A stretch of DNA of 64,000 nt. Origin: Nageia nagi. Taxonomy: Eukaryota; Plantae; Pinophyta. Below, in pieces: positions 26,001-39,549 of the stretch. The stretch spans positions 70,866,001 to 70,930,000 of the forward strand of contig JBITNC010000001.1 in the NCBI GenBank assembly GCA_050084985.1. Reading direction: 5' to 3'. The position numbers and the translations under genes were made by a program. The notes below the pieces were generated by a model. It ran no database searches and was not told where the DNA came from. It saw only the letters and a list, made by a program, of their open reading frames with translations. Numbering within the stretch: the stretch's first letter is position 1; every line of letters begins with the position of its first letter.

Positions 26001-29000
26001 TCATTAGAATGGTTAAGGTATGCTTTTTTATAGAAAAAGTTTGAGGTTTTTCAATATAATTTCTTCCTCTTGTAGTTCTTCTATTAGAGTATATGAAAGT
26101 ATAGCTTGCTTCTCTAGGTTATTTATGATAGAGCCTACGTGTTCATGGAACCTCATGCTAATATCCTTAGTCTTATTTGTTGATGCATGTATTATGGACC
26201 CTTTCTTCAATTGATTTGTAGTCCCAAAATTCCAACATGTTGCTTCATGTTTCCTTGATTATTTTCCCAATGTTGTGAAGGTTTGTTATCTTAAAATCAT
26301 GGAATATTTATGCAACTTGGCATTTATTTTTGAATTAGAACTCTACTCCTTGTATTTTCTTGAATGTTTCAAAATCAATTTCTTCTTTTGTAGTGGATTC
26401 CTCCTTTGATGTCTCATTATGGTTTTGGCAATTATTGATCCATTTATTGACTTGGTCTATTAGGAAAAATATTAGAGCTACCCATGCTCTTTGATTCCTG
26501 ATTTCTAGCTTTCATGCATCCTAATAGATGTAAAAGGTACAATTTATTTGAATGCAATGGGCTTGATGTGATATTCTTGTAGATCTTCCTCAAGCATATC
26601 CATTTGTATTAGTAGTGGTCCCTACCCTTGCTTTTACATAACTTAGGTGTGTTTCTTCAACTTTAGTCAACATTTTCCTTAGAAATTCAATTATGACATC
26701 CAATTTTTGGTTGGTTATACTTTGATATTATTGTTGAGGAATGGATTAGTTTCTTTCCTCCCTTTTATTTTTCTATGGTCAGCATATGTGATCTATCTTC
26801 TATGAGACCTTGTAACTAAAATAAATCTTGAATTTTTCATTCTCCTGAGTCTTGTTAGGAGCTTAGGAAGATGTCACAAAAATAGTCTTTCCCATGGTAG
26901 GTGAGCTCTTTTTTAGAAATGAATCTCTCTAGGCTTGGAGTTTATCTTTAGGGATGGATGAATTATATTTTATGCTCAATTGTTATCCTTAAAAAGTAAG
27001 CAAATATTTCTTAAACTTTATAGATGTCTATCAAATGCATTAAATATGCTATGAAGGTCCTTGAAACACTTTTATGCTCAACATTTGCTCCTCAAAATCT
27101 TAATTTCCAAATGAATTATCTTTAGACTTCAATTTTGAAATCAACTATACAAAATTGGTGTGATCTCCTCTAAGCTTAATGTTCATACACTAAAAGTTTG
27201 GATCTGATATAAAATACCTTTACATTTTTAGCAATCCATACCAATACCTCTAATGTTCAAGCCTTCTTAGGGCTCAATGTCTCCTCTCAAGCCTCCATTT
27301 TACCATCAACAAGGTAAAAGTATATCAAATTTAAGATTTTACCCTCTAGAAATTGTACAAACTCTTTAAAAGGTAGAATGATCTTAAAAAATGATAAATA
27401 ATCCTATCAAAAAGAAAATGAACCTCCAATTAGCCTTTGAAATGTTCTCAAAATCTAGATGAACTATTTATGAGTCCAAAAATGAACACATCTTCATAGC
27501 TTGGACTTCCTAGAATCTAAATAATCCTCCTTAAGTCCTTCAATTCTGAAATAGCCCTTAAAAATAATTGGATGAAGTGGATATAGAGCCTCCTCAATAT
27601 GCATGACTTGCCATCTTAATGATTAATGACCAAAATACTTAATTAAACTCTTCCAAATACTAAATAGAATATAAAATGACCTTTCAAATCTATATGCAAG
27701 TTTTAGAATAGTAGGATAAACCTATTTAAGCCATATCTAGGGCTTCCTCGACCCAAATGAACCCTTATCACTTAGTTAAACTTAAATATAAGGCTAATAA
27801 ATTTTAAACTTGATCAAAAAAATGCAAAAACATTGAAAATATACCTTTATCAAGTTGAATTATTCACTTAAGAGCCTCATAATTCTAAAAATATGCTTAG
27901 GATAGTGCAATGAATTGCTCTAAGATGAGATCTATGGTCTAGATCTCGAACATATTCTTCTCAGGTCCTCCAATTTATAAATTTGATTTCCTAATCTCTA
28001 GTGTTGCTTTCTAGGTAAACCACATTTGAAATTTGGTGCTCAGAATTACAACCATCAATCCTCTAAATGAGATACAATACCTTGAACCTCAACATCAATT
28101 GCCTAGTATCTAGATAAGCTAGATCTAAATTCTAGAATGCCTCTGATCTCCTCAAATCTCACTTGTCTTGGTACCACTATGATTATAAAAAAAAACCATT
28201 ATGATGTCTCAATTCTCCTTAGAACTTCCAATAGGATAACAAGATCTACTTTAGCAATAACTTTGCAATAGGATAGAGAGATCTTCTACAAACTCCTCAA
28301 TAATTCTTACTTGACAACATGGCAAGATCTTAACTCAAAAATATTCTATGTGAAACCCTTGATTCCAATAGGATGGCAGAATCAAAACTCTAATACCACT
28401 TTGATGAGCCCCAAATTGTTGACTCATTCTCAAACATGCCCTAGGAGAGCAATGTTTTTCTTCAACCTTAAAATCATACCAATCAAGCATAAACTAATGC
28501 AATGCATCTAACATCTAGATATTGATGGTATAAATGAAGTAAACAATCCACAATTATGCTTAGTTACCCAACGTATAATATTTATAAAGCCAAACACAAA
28601 TAAATAATGCAAAGAGACACTTCCACATCCAACATATCACTTCCAAACATAAATACTCCACAAATAATGTAATTAACTAAGATCTTATGCTAACATCTAG
28701 GTACATAGAGAAAAAATACTAGAATTGATAACAATAATGGAATTGTATTGATATAGCAATGAAGATCTCAATTACATATATTTTGGAACTAAGGATTACT
28801 TCTAATAGGGTTATTGTGTATGGCTTCAGGGCCTCACTAATCATAACAATAACAAAGCCAAGCCTAGGGCTTCCCTACCTCTCTCTGATGGAACAAACAG
28901 AGTCCCTCTTCCAAATAGTTGGAGTAAGCAAGAGGTTAGCCTTCTATCACCTTAATACCTCAAATGTAGACTGACGCTTGCAAGTGGAAAAGATAGATTT

Positions 29001-30408
29001 ATCACACTCAATCCAAAATTGGGTATTTAATCATATATTCAATATATTTCATGTGTCCTAATAATTCTCCTTTTATAGATGAAGTGGTTGATCTTCTAAT
29101 TGCAAGTTGAGTTGATCCAACAACCCACAAGAGTGATCCTTGTACTCTCATTGCCAACATCCAAGGTAAGATGCATTGGGATGGGAGTAATTGTATCCAA
29201 ATTCCAAGAATGCTAACTTGGACAAGGGAAGATTTTGACATACCTTGATATCAATGCCATGAGCTAGCAAGCCTCCAAGAGTATGATGTAGGATCCTAAG
29301 GATGCCAAATAATTAACATAGGGATTTATATGCCCTCCTTAACCCAACTTCCAAGTTTGAGGAGCTTTTTAATTCCTTGGGATACCAAATATCTCTCTAA
29401 GTGTATCACATCTAGGAATAGGAGTTTTTATAATACCTTGAAGTCAATGTAATCACCTAGATAGATACTCTACCTTGAATATGGGAGCATTAATAATAAG
29501 AGGACCATCTAATGCAAATATTATAATCATTAAGGCTAGGAATATGCAACACCTCATTATTGGAGACTAATACTACATTTACAAATATAATGGCCTTGCT
29601 ATCATAAATACATCCTTATTGGCATATTTGGACACTCAACTATACATAATATGCTAATTAAGTTCCAATGTTCGATAATTGGAGTAGTGAACTACTCTCC
29701 AAGTGGAACTTATAATTAATTTACCAAATAACACCTAAAATAAAAAAAAGTACACCTAGTCTAATGTTCCCATTTATCAGTGGTGAAATGGAGAAAACAC
29801 CATAAAAATGAGGATATTACATCTATCTTCTACAAAAGTTGAGTATATTGCAATCACAAGTGCTAGTTCTTAAGTATTATGGTTAAGAAAAGTACTTAAA
29901 TAACTTGGTGAGAAACAAAATGGTCCAACTATCTTGTTTTTTTATAATATAAGTGTCATTTAATTAGAAAAGAACTCGTTCCAACATTATATGCCCAAAC
30001 ATTTTGATATGATGTACCAGTTCATCCATGACATGTGGAGAAAAAGATTATTGAGTTAGGAAATTGTAATACCTAAGATAATATTGTTAATATATTCATA
30101 AAAGGGGTTATAAAAGCATAATTTTTGAATTTGGGGAACTCATTGGTGAGCTCACTCAGCATCAACAGGGATAATATTGGAAATTAAGTTGATTTGATCA
30201 AAATATTTCATTTAATTATCATATTATATCCAAGTTACTAATAAAATGCAACAAATTAGCATATTTCATTAGGAACACTATGGTGTTTTATCTCGAGAAT
30301 GTGGATGTATTTTTGAAACATGAGTGTGTTTCATTAGGTAGAGTGTGTTACATGAATATTTTTGGTAGTTTCTTAGTTTTGGCTTATTTTGGCATTTTTT
30401 TATCAACA
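23060..30408 (+). mobile_element. Ty1/copia 3' half (RT, RNase H, possible 3' LTR), split by insertion 24330-29821
   Basis: GIDYEETF, EFEIKDLSLMHYFLGMEV, DDRKSTLG...WSSKK*SIVTL | SSTKVEYIA resumes at 29822; LTR boundary uncertain. Confidence 0.85.
24330..29821 (-). mobile_element. Non-autonomous LTR retrotransposon with ~1.43-kb LTRs (24330-25760, 28402-29821) and 2.6-kb internal region without RT/IN
   Basis: Both LTRs read tgatgagcccc...gatattaca; tRNA-iMet PBS (ctctaatacca, ~28388-28398) on minus; TSD tctat at 24323-24327 and 29822-29826 (2 extra nt on left). Confidence 0.9.
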
Positions 30409-30469
30409 TTTTTCATGTGAATTGCAATTGTAATAGTTGGTTGTACATAGATTGGATTGAAATAGGTTT

Positions 30470-30690
30470 TATGTGTCTTCTACAAGGATTTCATATTGCA
30501 TGGCTACATGGAAGTAGAACGTGCAAAAAATGGTTATGATGTCAAGGTTGGTTCCCAAGTGCTTCATCAAAATGAATACTTGAAGGGAATACTTACTGTA
30601 GTCATGAGTTCCATATCCTTTAATCATTTTAATCCATGAAATTGTGTGTGCATCATGCATCTTATCAAATCAATGTATATAAGTTGATCA
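30470..30690 (-). pseudogene. PLS-class PPR gene fragment
   Basis: FDKMHDAHTISWIKMIKGYGTHDYSKYSLQVFILMKHLGTNLDIIT matches PPR consensus FD.M....VSW..MI.GY..HG....AL.LF..M...G..PD..T. Confidence 0.8.
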
Positions 30691-33600
30691 TTTAATTGAT
30701 TGTCTTGTACATGAGAATATCATTCTCATAACAATATTTTTGTAATCTAGTTATGTCTAGGAATTATATATATATATATATATATACTTATTCATTTGAT
30801 GTAATATAACATTCATATTGAAATTCTTAAAAATTTGGTTAAACGGTTAGGATTCCATGAATGTAGCATGATATCCATGCTTTGAATCTATAAATATGTT
30901 TGAAATATTCCCCTCTAGATTCATCATGTAGGAGCCATCTTAGTGTCTGCGATTGAAATTATCTTTCCCTTTTTTTCTTTTATTCCATTAAAGATACTTC
31001 CATTCATGCCCTTCCTTAATAATGTGCATATGATCAATCCTACCTCAACTTCTCCCTTTTCCCTTCTTTTGGGTTCTCTCTATTCAATATATGCATAAAT
31101 ATTGTATTTCCTATACATGCAACTATGAACCATTTGTTTGCTCCTTCATGTTATGGATGATTTTGTAATATCCCAAACTTAAGTTACTTAAATAAAAATC
31201 TATCTTTTTCTTTTCCCTAATTTCAAACCAACAAAATCATATCCATCCTATTCCTTGTGAGAATGAATTATTCTATCTCTTCATCATCCCCTCCTTTAAT
31301 CAAGCAAAAATGGTTTGGTTGCCTCCTCTTCTCTTTTTTTCTCTCATTTTAATAGTAAATATACCCATAAAAATATTTGTATCCATAATCTTTTGTATAT
31401 GAACTACTATAGTTTTGCTTAATGAGAAGGTGCAAGCACTAGTTAGATAAAAAAATTGCACCTTCCTCCAAAATTCTTTTGGCATCCTTAAATGCCCTTA
31501 CATCATTATGCAATTTTATATATTACTTCAATCCCTTTTGAAATTGATATATTATACTTGATGATTCAATAATTAACACACTCAAATTCTATAATTTAAT
31601 CATTTTTTTTATATCATGTACTACAAGATTGCATATTTCAAAGGATGGCTCACCTAAAATATAACTGTAGATAACCTTGTTATATTGTGGTTGTATTCAA
31701 ATCTAATGCATCTATAAAATGTGGATGGGATGACCTCAATCACACAAAATTAAGGTCTCTGTAGCAAAAAATATGATAAAGGTTTACCAAAAATATAGAA
31801 AGTAATGTTGACTATTATAGAGTCCAATTAAATTGATAAATTAATTATACTTTAGAACCTTGTTTCTAGTAGTCAAATCTTGTATTTAACAAAAAGAACT
31901 CTTCTTGATTTATTGACTCTTGTATAAACTAATTATCTTAAGAAAAAAAATAGGATAAATACTTAAATTTCTTAATCTTATATCTTGATCCTCTTATGAA
32001 ATAAATCATATACAATGGTAAAATCTCAAAAATAATATTACTTAAAGGAATCTTTGGGTGCTCAAATGTAAGTCATGTATACTGTCTTATATAATATTAG
32101 AAAAGATAATAGAATTTAAATTTAAAATAAGAAATTGTTGGAGGAATTCTATAAGGACCAAAAATATGGATTTAATTTTTTTACTAAATCCATTAATGAT
32201 ATCTTAGATTGTATATAATTCTATAAGGTCAAAATATTTGGTGTAACAAGTTCTTTGAAAATACTTTCTTGATTACTTAACCTCATGAGTATGATAAAAA
32301 ATGATTAACCTTTGTTCTTTCCATTGGTTAGGGTAGATATGTAATTACTTATTATAATCATCCCATAAAACCATTAAATAAAAATAACCCTTCAATATGA
32401 TTAAGTTGAATATCATCAAAACTATACAATTTATCATCAATCTTTTTTTGTATTAACTTATTATATCCATTTGTAGAAGTTCACTATAAAATAGGCTTAG
32501 ACTAATCCTTATGTTCATTATTATTATCTTGAGTCTTTTATGGAGGAAAATGAACCAAATTCTATTGAAGATCTTATAGAATACCCTTGGTAGATGAGGA
32601 AACTTTATATCTTATTGCTTGTTATTGCTAGTGACTCGCTAGAAATCTTATGGATAATAATTAGTAATATATCAACAAAAGTAATATTGATACTCTTTTC
32701 ATGATCATTCTTATTATTAAATGATTTAGCATTATCAATCTTGGATGAAGAACAATAATCTATTTAACCTATGTTGGAACCACTAATTTAATAAAAATAA
32801 AATAATATTATTTAATATTTTTCAAATGAGTACAATAAAAGGTAAAGGTAAATTATATTAACATCCACTGGAGACCAATTAATCTATGGGACGAACAATA
32901 GTAGTAGGCCATTACAATAGAACAATCCACATAAGAAAATCACACATCAATTACAAATCCTCAAGGTAGAGAAATAATATAAGATTTTTTTTTTTCAACT
33001 AGAAGAATAAGTAACATTGACATTAACAATCGCTTGATTACAAGATTGAATCTCACCTCCAATATGATTATTTTTGCCACATACTACCGTAATAACCTCT
33101 AGCTACATTGTGTTAATTTTTTAACATAATTAGTGACACCAACATAACATGTCCTTCACAGCTTTTGTATTCCAAAATACTATAACATATTCCTTAGCCA
33201 AGAGAGCACTCGAACAACCACTTCAAGAAAGGAAGAAATTTTATTAACATCTGTAAAAGACCAAGAGCGATCTATGGGACGACTATAGGGACTACATTGT
33301 ATCACTTTTGGTGGCATTTGAACATGGGACACTATGTGAAACAGGGTCACAAAATGACCAATTCAACCAACAAACTGATGAGGAAAACATCCCAAGTATA
33401 AAACTATAAATTTCAATATACTTTCTATGATGATATTACAATCATAAATTCTAAAGATATTCATAATTCATTATTTCTTTTCATCTCATCTCCATATATA
33501 ATATAACATGAAATAATTTTATTTAATAAATTAGGTTATTAAACTCCTAATAGTTTTCTTGTATACAGTGGATATACTCTCTTATAAATCTTAATAATAT

Positions 33601-33954
33601 AGTACCTCTAATAAAATATTCTCATACATATTTATTTCATTATATATTTAAAACAAAAATAACTAAAATTTAAAAAACATATATATTAAATAAAAATAAA
33701 AACTCATATTTTGATTTTAAAAAATTCTTGAATTTCCAAATCACATCAACAAAATTTCTCTAAATCTAACAACATGAACTTTATTATGTTCATCATGTGG
33801 ATTGAGCACATGTAAAAAATTAATTCTAAATTAATAGTCCTCACATATAATCATTAAATATTTACTACATACTTGCTATGATTTATAATATGATCATTAA
33901 ACATTTTTTTTAATGATGCCAGTGAATAATATTGTTGTTGACTTATCCTATTAG

Positions 33955-34084
33955 GTATGGCCTGTCAAGTGCTGGGGTTAATGATATTATTTGCATCCTT
34001 ACTGGAGTACTCGCTGACTACAGTTTTTTTGATGAGCAGCAGCCAGCCAAGCATGGGCGTATAGAAGGCAGTGCCAGCAAGGGG
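33955..34084 (+). CDS. Candidate internal exon of an unidentified host gene
   Basis: ttgac...cctattag acceptor, GGG|gtgagc donor, 130 nt with an open frame YGLSSAGVNDIICILTGVLADYSFFDEQQPAKHGRIEGSASKG; locally GC-rich and retains CpG/CHG. Confidence 0.35.
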
Positions 34085-34733
34085 GTGAGCTTCTAGGTCA
34101 ATTGCGTACTCAAGTTGGAATGTGAAGCTTCGTATTAGACATTACTTTTCTTTGATGTAGCAGATGTCTGAAAGAATTTTTTACTGGCTTTAAAGTCAAT
34201 TCTATTGAAGATGTCAATAGCAGTTGCAGTTGACATTTTTGGGTCATCAAGTAAAGAATAATTTTGCAAGATATCTTGGATGGATGGAAAATACTATCGT
34301 TTTTGTATGAAAATGATGTGTTAAAAGAAAATAAATTTGAGCGAATGTCACATGCAGAGTTGAAAAATAATTGTGAAGTGGAAAATGTCAAATGGACAGT
34401 TGGAAAATAAATATGAAGTTGAAAGTGTTAAATGATCGATAATAAAATGTTAGTTTTTGAATACATTTAAAATCAGGTTTCGCTATTGGTATACACATCA
34501 AACTAGTTGTGGTTAATGTGTCTGAATGGAAAACCTTGAACTTGCTTACATTTATAATTCAATAATTTGATGAATATAATGATGGTTTTAGAATTAGTAT
34601 TGAAATTTATGTGTCTCAAAGTAATGGAGATAAATTGAAAATCATATGATGGTTAAATAAGTATGTATGTACAAAACCATTATATATATTATTGCAATTT
34701 AGTTGAAGTAATAAATATAATAATGTTATTGTA

Positions 34734-36521
34734 TTTTTTTAATGAAAGAACTTTTTTTTATTAAAAATAAAAAAACTTCTTACAGTAAAAAGCGGGTGGA
34801 GTTAGCAAATTTCATATGGAATCAAACTAACTATAGTTAGGAAATTCAAAAAGAAACATTACACCTCTGGAGACAAACAATAGGAATAAAAAAATAGAAT
34901 CGCCAAGAGCCACCAAAAGTCAAAGTGATCAAACTAAGGTCACCATAATAACAAAAGGACCCATGGCTAACTAACAACTAGATTACATTTCATTAAATGA
35001 TTTGTGCGGAGCATTATACCTAACCATCGAATTAGAATCGACTCTAGGCTACTTGAATTGCTAATTATCCCTGTCTCGGAAAGGGTTCCAATCATCTTGA
35101 GGCATATTAACCTCGGTAGATGTCCCTTTGACATCGATGTTACCTCCTATATCTCTCCAACCATTCATGGTTAGAGAAGATTCCCACTGATCGTCACCCC
35201 ATCCACAATGAGGGTGAGAGGAAAAAGTTCTATCATATTTGGCTCTCTTTTTGGGAGGAGAAGGTTGAGACCAATGGCGGCCAGGAGAGCTAGCAGATGC
35301 TCATCAGGCATGAGATGGATGGTGATGCTAAGAGCAAGAGCAAGAATGTTCATCATAGCTACTATCCAAAGGAATCCTGCTCATAGTGCATGGAGCCTCT
35401 ACCCAATGAGCCAACAGATCTTGTAGGTGATCAACCTCCATTGCCACCTTATCTGCTTGGGAAATTATCTTATTGGCTCCCATCTCAAGCTTGCTATAAC
35501 AAACTGAAAAAATTTTAAGGGGTTCCTTATGGTGCAATTCTTCTAATAAGAAGGGGTTTCACAAAGTGGCATGGAGTTTTGTTGTCTCCCTAGAGAGGTA
35601 GAGGGAATGGGATACTTAACTGCAAATGTCAAGGTATCTCTCTCTATGCCAAAGGATAATTTGAGCAATGCATGGTAATGAATCCTAGAATATCTTAATA
35701 CAACACTTCATTTCAACATGTCTTCTCCTCAACCATCAAGCTTGGTGAGGAATTGATCTTCCCTTGCTTGTCACAGCTATGGTAGCCATTAAGATCTAAG
35801 GATCTTTTGTTATTAGAAGCATTTGGAAGGCTTGGTAGCAGCTTACCCCTTGGCTCCACTAGAAGGAGAGGGTTTTCGAAAAGGGTTGTCTTTCAATATG
35901 AACATTTGGTGGTCCTCTTTTTTGGCTATTAAGGTTTACCCCTAGCTCAAGTTCAATGGGCTCATGCCTTGAGATTTTTCAAGAAAGGCATCCATTCCAT
36001 CATAGATTTTTTCAGTTGGAAAACCAGATATTGGATTCCCTAGGACTCCTTCAAGTGCAATTTATGTCTCACCAATGATGATAAGGATACATTTGATGTG
36101 GTCATCAATGCTACCCCCAATGATATGCTTCATAGAATTAGGGTTTTGTCTCATAGACTATGGTGGATGGATTGACACTAGCATGTTGAGACTCCATTTC
36201 TCAGCTAAAAAGCTCAAATAGCTACAAGTGGTTATTTCCTTTCTTGCATATGGTTCCTAAGTTGAATGAAAGGTGGGACTTGATTTCCATGAATTCTCGT
36301 TGGAGAGTTTGGTTCTGTAATACCTAGGCTTCCTACATTGAACCCATACATGCTATTTTTGCATGGAGTCTTATGCATCAAGGGCTTCCTATCAAATTCA
36401 GCTCCTATATATGGGTGTCCTTGACCCTAGATGTGCTTTTTGTAATGCTCTTGGGTCATGTTTTCACTTGTTTTGGTAGTGCCCTAGGTCTAGACAAGCT
36501 TTTCTTTGTCTCTAGAGTTTC
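34734..36521 (-). mobile_element. 5'-truncated L1 LINE with 5' inversion
   Basis: TSD atgttattgta at 34723-34733 and 36522-36532; A-tail at left end on minus; plus segment ~35700-36521 encodes GSFVIRSIWKAW and zf-RVT (IEPIHAIFAWSLMHQGLP...CAFCNALGSCFHLFW*CPRSRQA). Confidence 0.8.
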
Positions 36522-36812
36522 ATGTTATTGTATTTATATGATAATGTAACAAATAAAATAATGATGTTATTATTTTAGGTTATAATATTTTTAGAATTAT
36601 TATTGTAATTTTTAAGATACATGTTCTAAAGTTATAGAGATCAATTGAGATCCATATGATGGTTAAATAAGTATGCATGTACAAATAGATTTAGTTGTGT
36701 AAATAGAATATGATATATATAAATATTGGGACTTGAGAAGTTATTATTTATAAATATACACAATCAAGTGAATGCTATTGTATTTATATGATAATGCAAT
36801 AAATAAAATAGT

Positions 36813-37030
36813 TCCCAAGGGTACAACACAATGATTTAAGATTTTGCTCCTCTTTGGTAGATCTATGGTTTGAATCATAATAGTTATTCCAACTTTTCAT
36901 AGTTTGGCCATAGTCAAGCTAATTGTCTATAGCTTCCAAGTGGATAGGAGAAACTTTAAAAGTTTACCCTATTTATGGTCATGACATAGTTCCTAGAATA
37001 ATTTGCCTCACAACTCAAATAAATAAATAA
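36813..37030 (+). mobile_element. tRNA-derived SINE, decayed
   Basis: A-box-like ~36823-36834, B-box ggtttgaatc 36867-36876, (AAAT)n tail, degenerate ~20-bp TSD 36793-36812 / 37031-37050; interrupts a satellite unit. Confidence 0.65.
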
Positions 37031-39549
37031 AATGTAGCAAATAAAAAAGTAATGCTATTTTAGGTATTTATATTTTATGATGTGTTTAGAATTATTATTG
37101 TAATTTATAAGGTACAAGTTTGAAAGCCATGGAGATCAATTAAGATCCATGTGATGGTTAAATAAGCATACATTTATAATAGATCTAGGTGTGTATATAC
37201 AATATGATAATTATCAATCTTGGGATTTGAGTAGTTATCATCCATAAATATACACAATCAAGTAAATGTTGATGTATTTATATGATAATGCAATAAATAA
37301 AATATTAATGTTGTTATTTTAGTTATATTTCATGGTATTTTTAGAATTATTATTGTAATTTATAAGGTACAAGTTCCAAAGCCATGGAAATCAATTAAGA
37401 TCCATATGATGGTTAAGTAAGCATACATTCACGAATAGATCTAGTTGTATATGTAGAATATGATAGTTATCAATCTTGATATTTAAGTAGTTATTGTCCA
37501 TAAATATTCACATCCAAGTAAATGTTATTGTATTTATATGATAATGTAACAAATAAAATAGTAATGTTTTTAGTTTAGGTACTTACATTTTATGATGTTT
37601 TTAGAATTATTACAATTTATTATTGCAATTTATCAATCTTGAGATTTAAGTAGTTATTTTCCATAAATATGCATGTCCAGGTAGATGTTATTGTATTTAT
37701 TTGATAATGTAACAAATAAAATAGTAATGTTGTTATTTTAGGTACTTATATTTTATGATGTCTTTAGAATTACTATTTCAATTTATAATGTACAAGTTCC
37801 AAAGCCATGGAGATCAACTAAGATCTATGTGATGGTAAAGAAAGCATAAATGTATAAATCTATCTAGTTGTGTATATACAATATGATAATTATCAATCTT
37901 AAAATTTGAGTAGTTATCATCAATAAATATGGACAATCAAAGTAATTATGTCAAATAATGTTATTGTATTTATATGATAATTTAACAAATAAAATAGTAA
38001 TATTTGTTTTTAGATGTATCAATTTTAAGAAGAAAATTTTAAGGTATGAAAAGGTGTTTACGATAATTGGAATGAGGGGCATTCAATGTCCTCTAAAGGT
38101 GAGGTGAAGAATAAGAACTATTTAATGCTTAAAAGAAATTTATTTAATAAAATTTTGATTGTTAGAAAAAATATTATTTATATATATATTTTAAATCTAT
38201 AAATAGTTTGGTAATTTTTATTTTATAAATTCACTTTATTATTGGCTTTATTAAGTTTTTTTTTCATTTTCTAGTAGTGTAAAGTTATTATCCACAACAT
38301 CAATGGGATATGTTATGATAAGCACATATGATATATTTTATGTTCCTATTGATTATATATTTGATTATAAACATTGAATTTGAATCCATTTAATATTATT
38401 TTTTAGAAATTGCATGAAGTAAATACAATTTTATCTAGAACAAAAAATGAACTAAAATTAGAAATCATAATACCTTTGATGGAAAATGTAGTTGGTCACT
38501 ACATTTTGCATCTAGGTATTATGTTTCATAAAGATACAGTTATACTTTTTGTTTGATGAAATATTTTCTCTTTCTTAAAACCTATAATAACCCAAGATGA
38601 AATAATAATAACAATGTTTGTATTACATTGTGCTTTTTTGTGCTTGACTAATTTGCAATGTTTACCTAAAATTTATTATTTTGCATATAACTATCTTTGT
38701 GAATGTATTATTTTGTTGTATATAATAATTATAAATGATTTTGGTTTATGTTGAAGGGGAATATGTTGCATTCTATCAAGAGTTCAGATTTAGATTATAA
38801 ATATTGTGTTTTGCTAGAGGCTACTAATTTTGACTATTGATTTGATTTTATATACAACAAATGCTTCATTTTAAATTGTCCTAATGGAGAGCTGGTCTCC
38901 AAGCACCAACAACTTTCACTTGTTTATAAGTGAGATAATATTTTTTCTTAACAGTATATATAGGATTACTTGCTTTCTTTATAAGGAAAATATATCATTT
39001 TACATATCTACACATACAAATAGATAGATAGATAAGTCTTTTAATTTCCTTCTAAATCCCTTGATTTGTAAGATCTATAAAAGATTATTTAAAATTAAAT
39101 ATATACCAGTTAAGTACTTGAAAAATATCCAAATCATATGGGGGGATTCAGAAAGGCAAGTTGAAAAATGGAAGTCCCAGGTTCAAATCTCTCTCCATTC
39201 ACATGTTGTGGATATGTTAATTCTAGTCAATTATTTCCATGATTTTCAACTAGTGTGGATGTGATCGGGTATGACTCTCAAATGAATTTGATAGAAGAAT
39301 ATCCTAGAGACACGAAATCTAATTCCAAGGTTTCACTCTCTATAAAGGGTGAAAATAATATGAGAATTCATTATTGAGAGAAATTCATCATCTGAAAAAT
39401 ACAAGAAATAGAAGTGAAGTATCCCTCATGCAAATTATTCTTTGGCAATTAGAAATAGCCAAAGAATAGAACCTAATTCCCTCATTCATACATGTAGGGG
39501 TGTGTTACTCCATGACTATATCTACACACACACACATAGATATGTATGT

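Larger units (their letters stand above)
34560..38010 (+). repeat. AT-rich tandem repeat/satellite, ~250-bp unit, about 6-7 copies, interrupted by a LINE and a SINE
   Basis: atgttattgtatttatatgataatg... recurs at ~36522, 36772, 37266, 37522, 37686, 37958; ggagatcaattaagatccatatgatggttaaataag variants recur, including ~34627. Confidence 0.9.

Noticed and set aside
33375-33390. CTGATGAG..GAAA hammerhead-like core
   Set aside because: No stem II and no complementary arms for stems I and III were found
36813-36885. tRNA gene
   Set aside because: No cloverleaf; the tail and TSD indicate a SINE
39170-39195. B-box-like ggttcaaatc
   Set aside because: No convincing A box, tail or TSD
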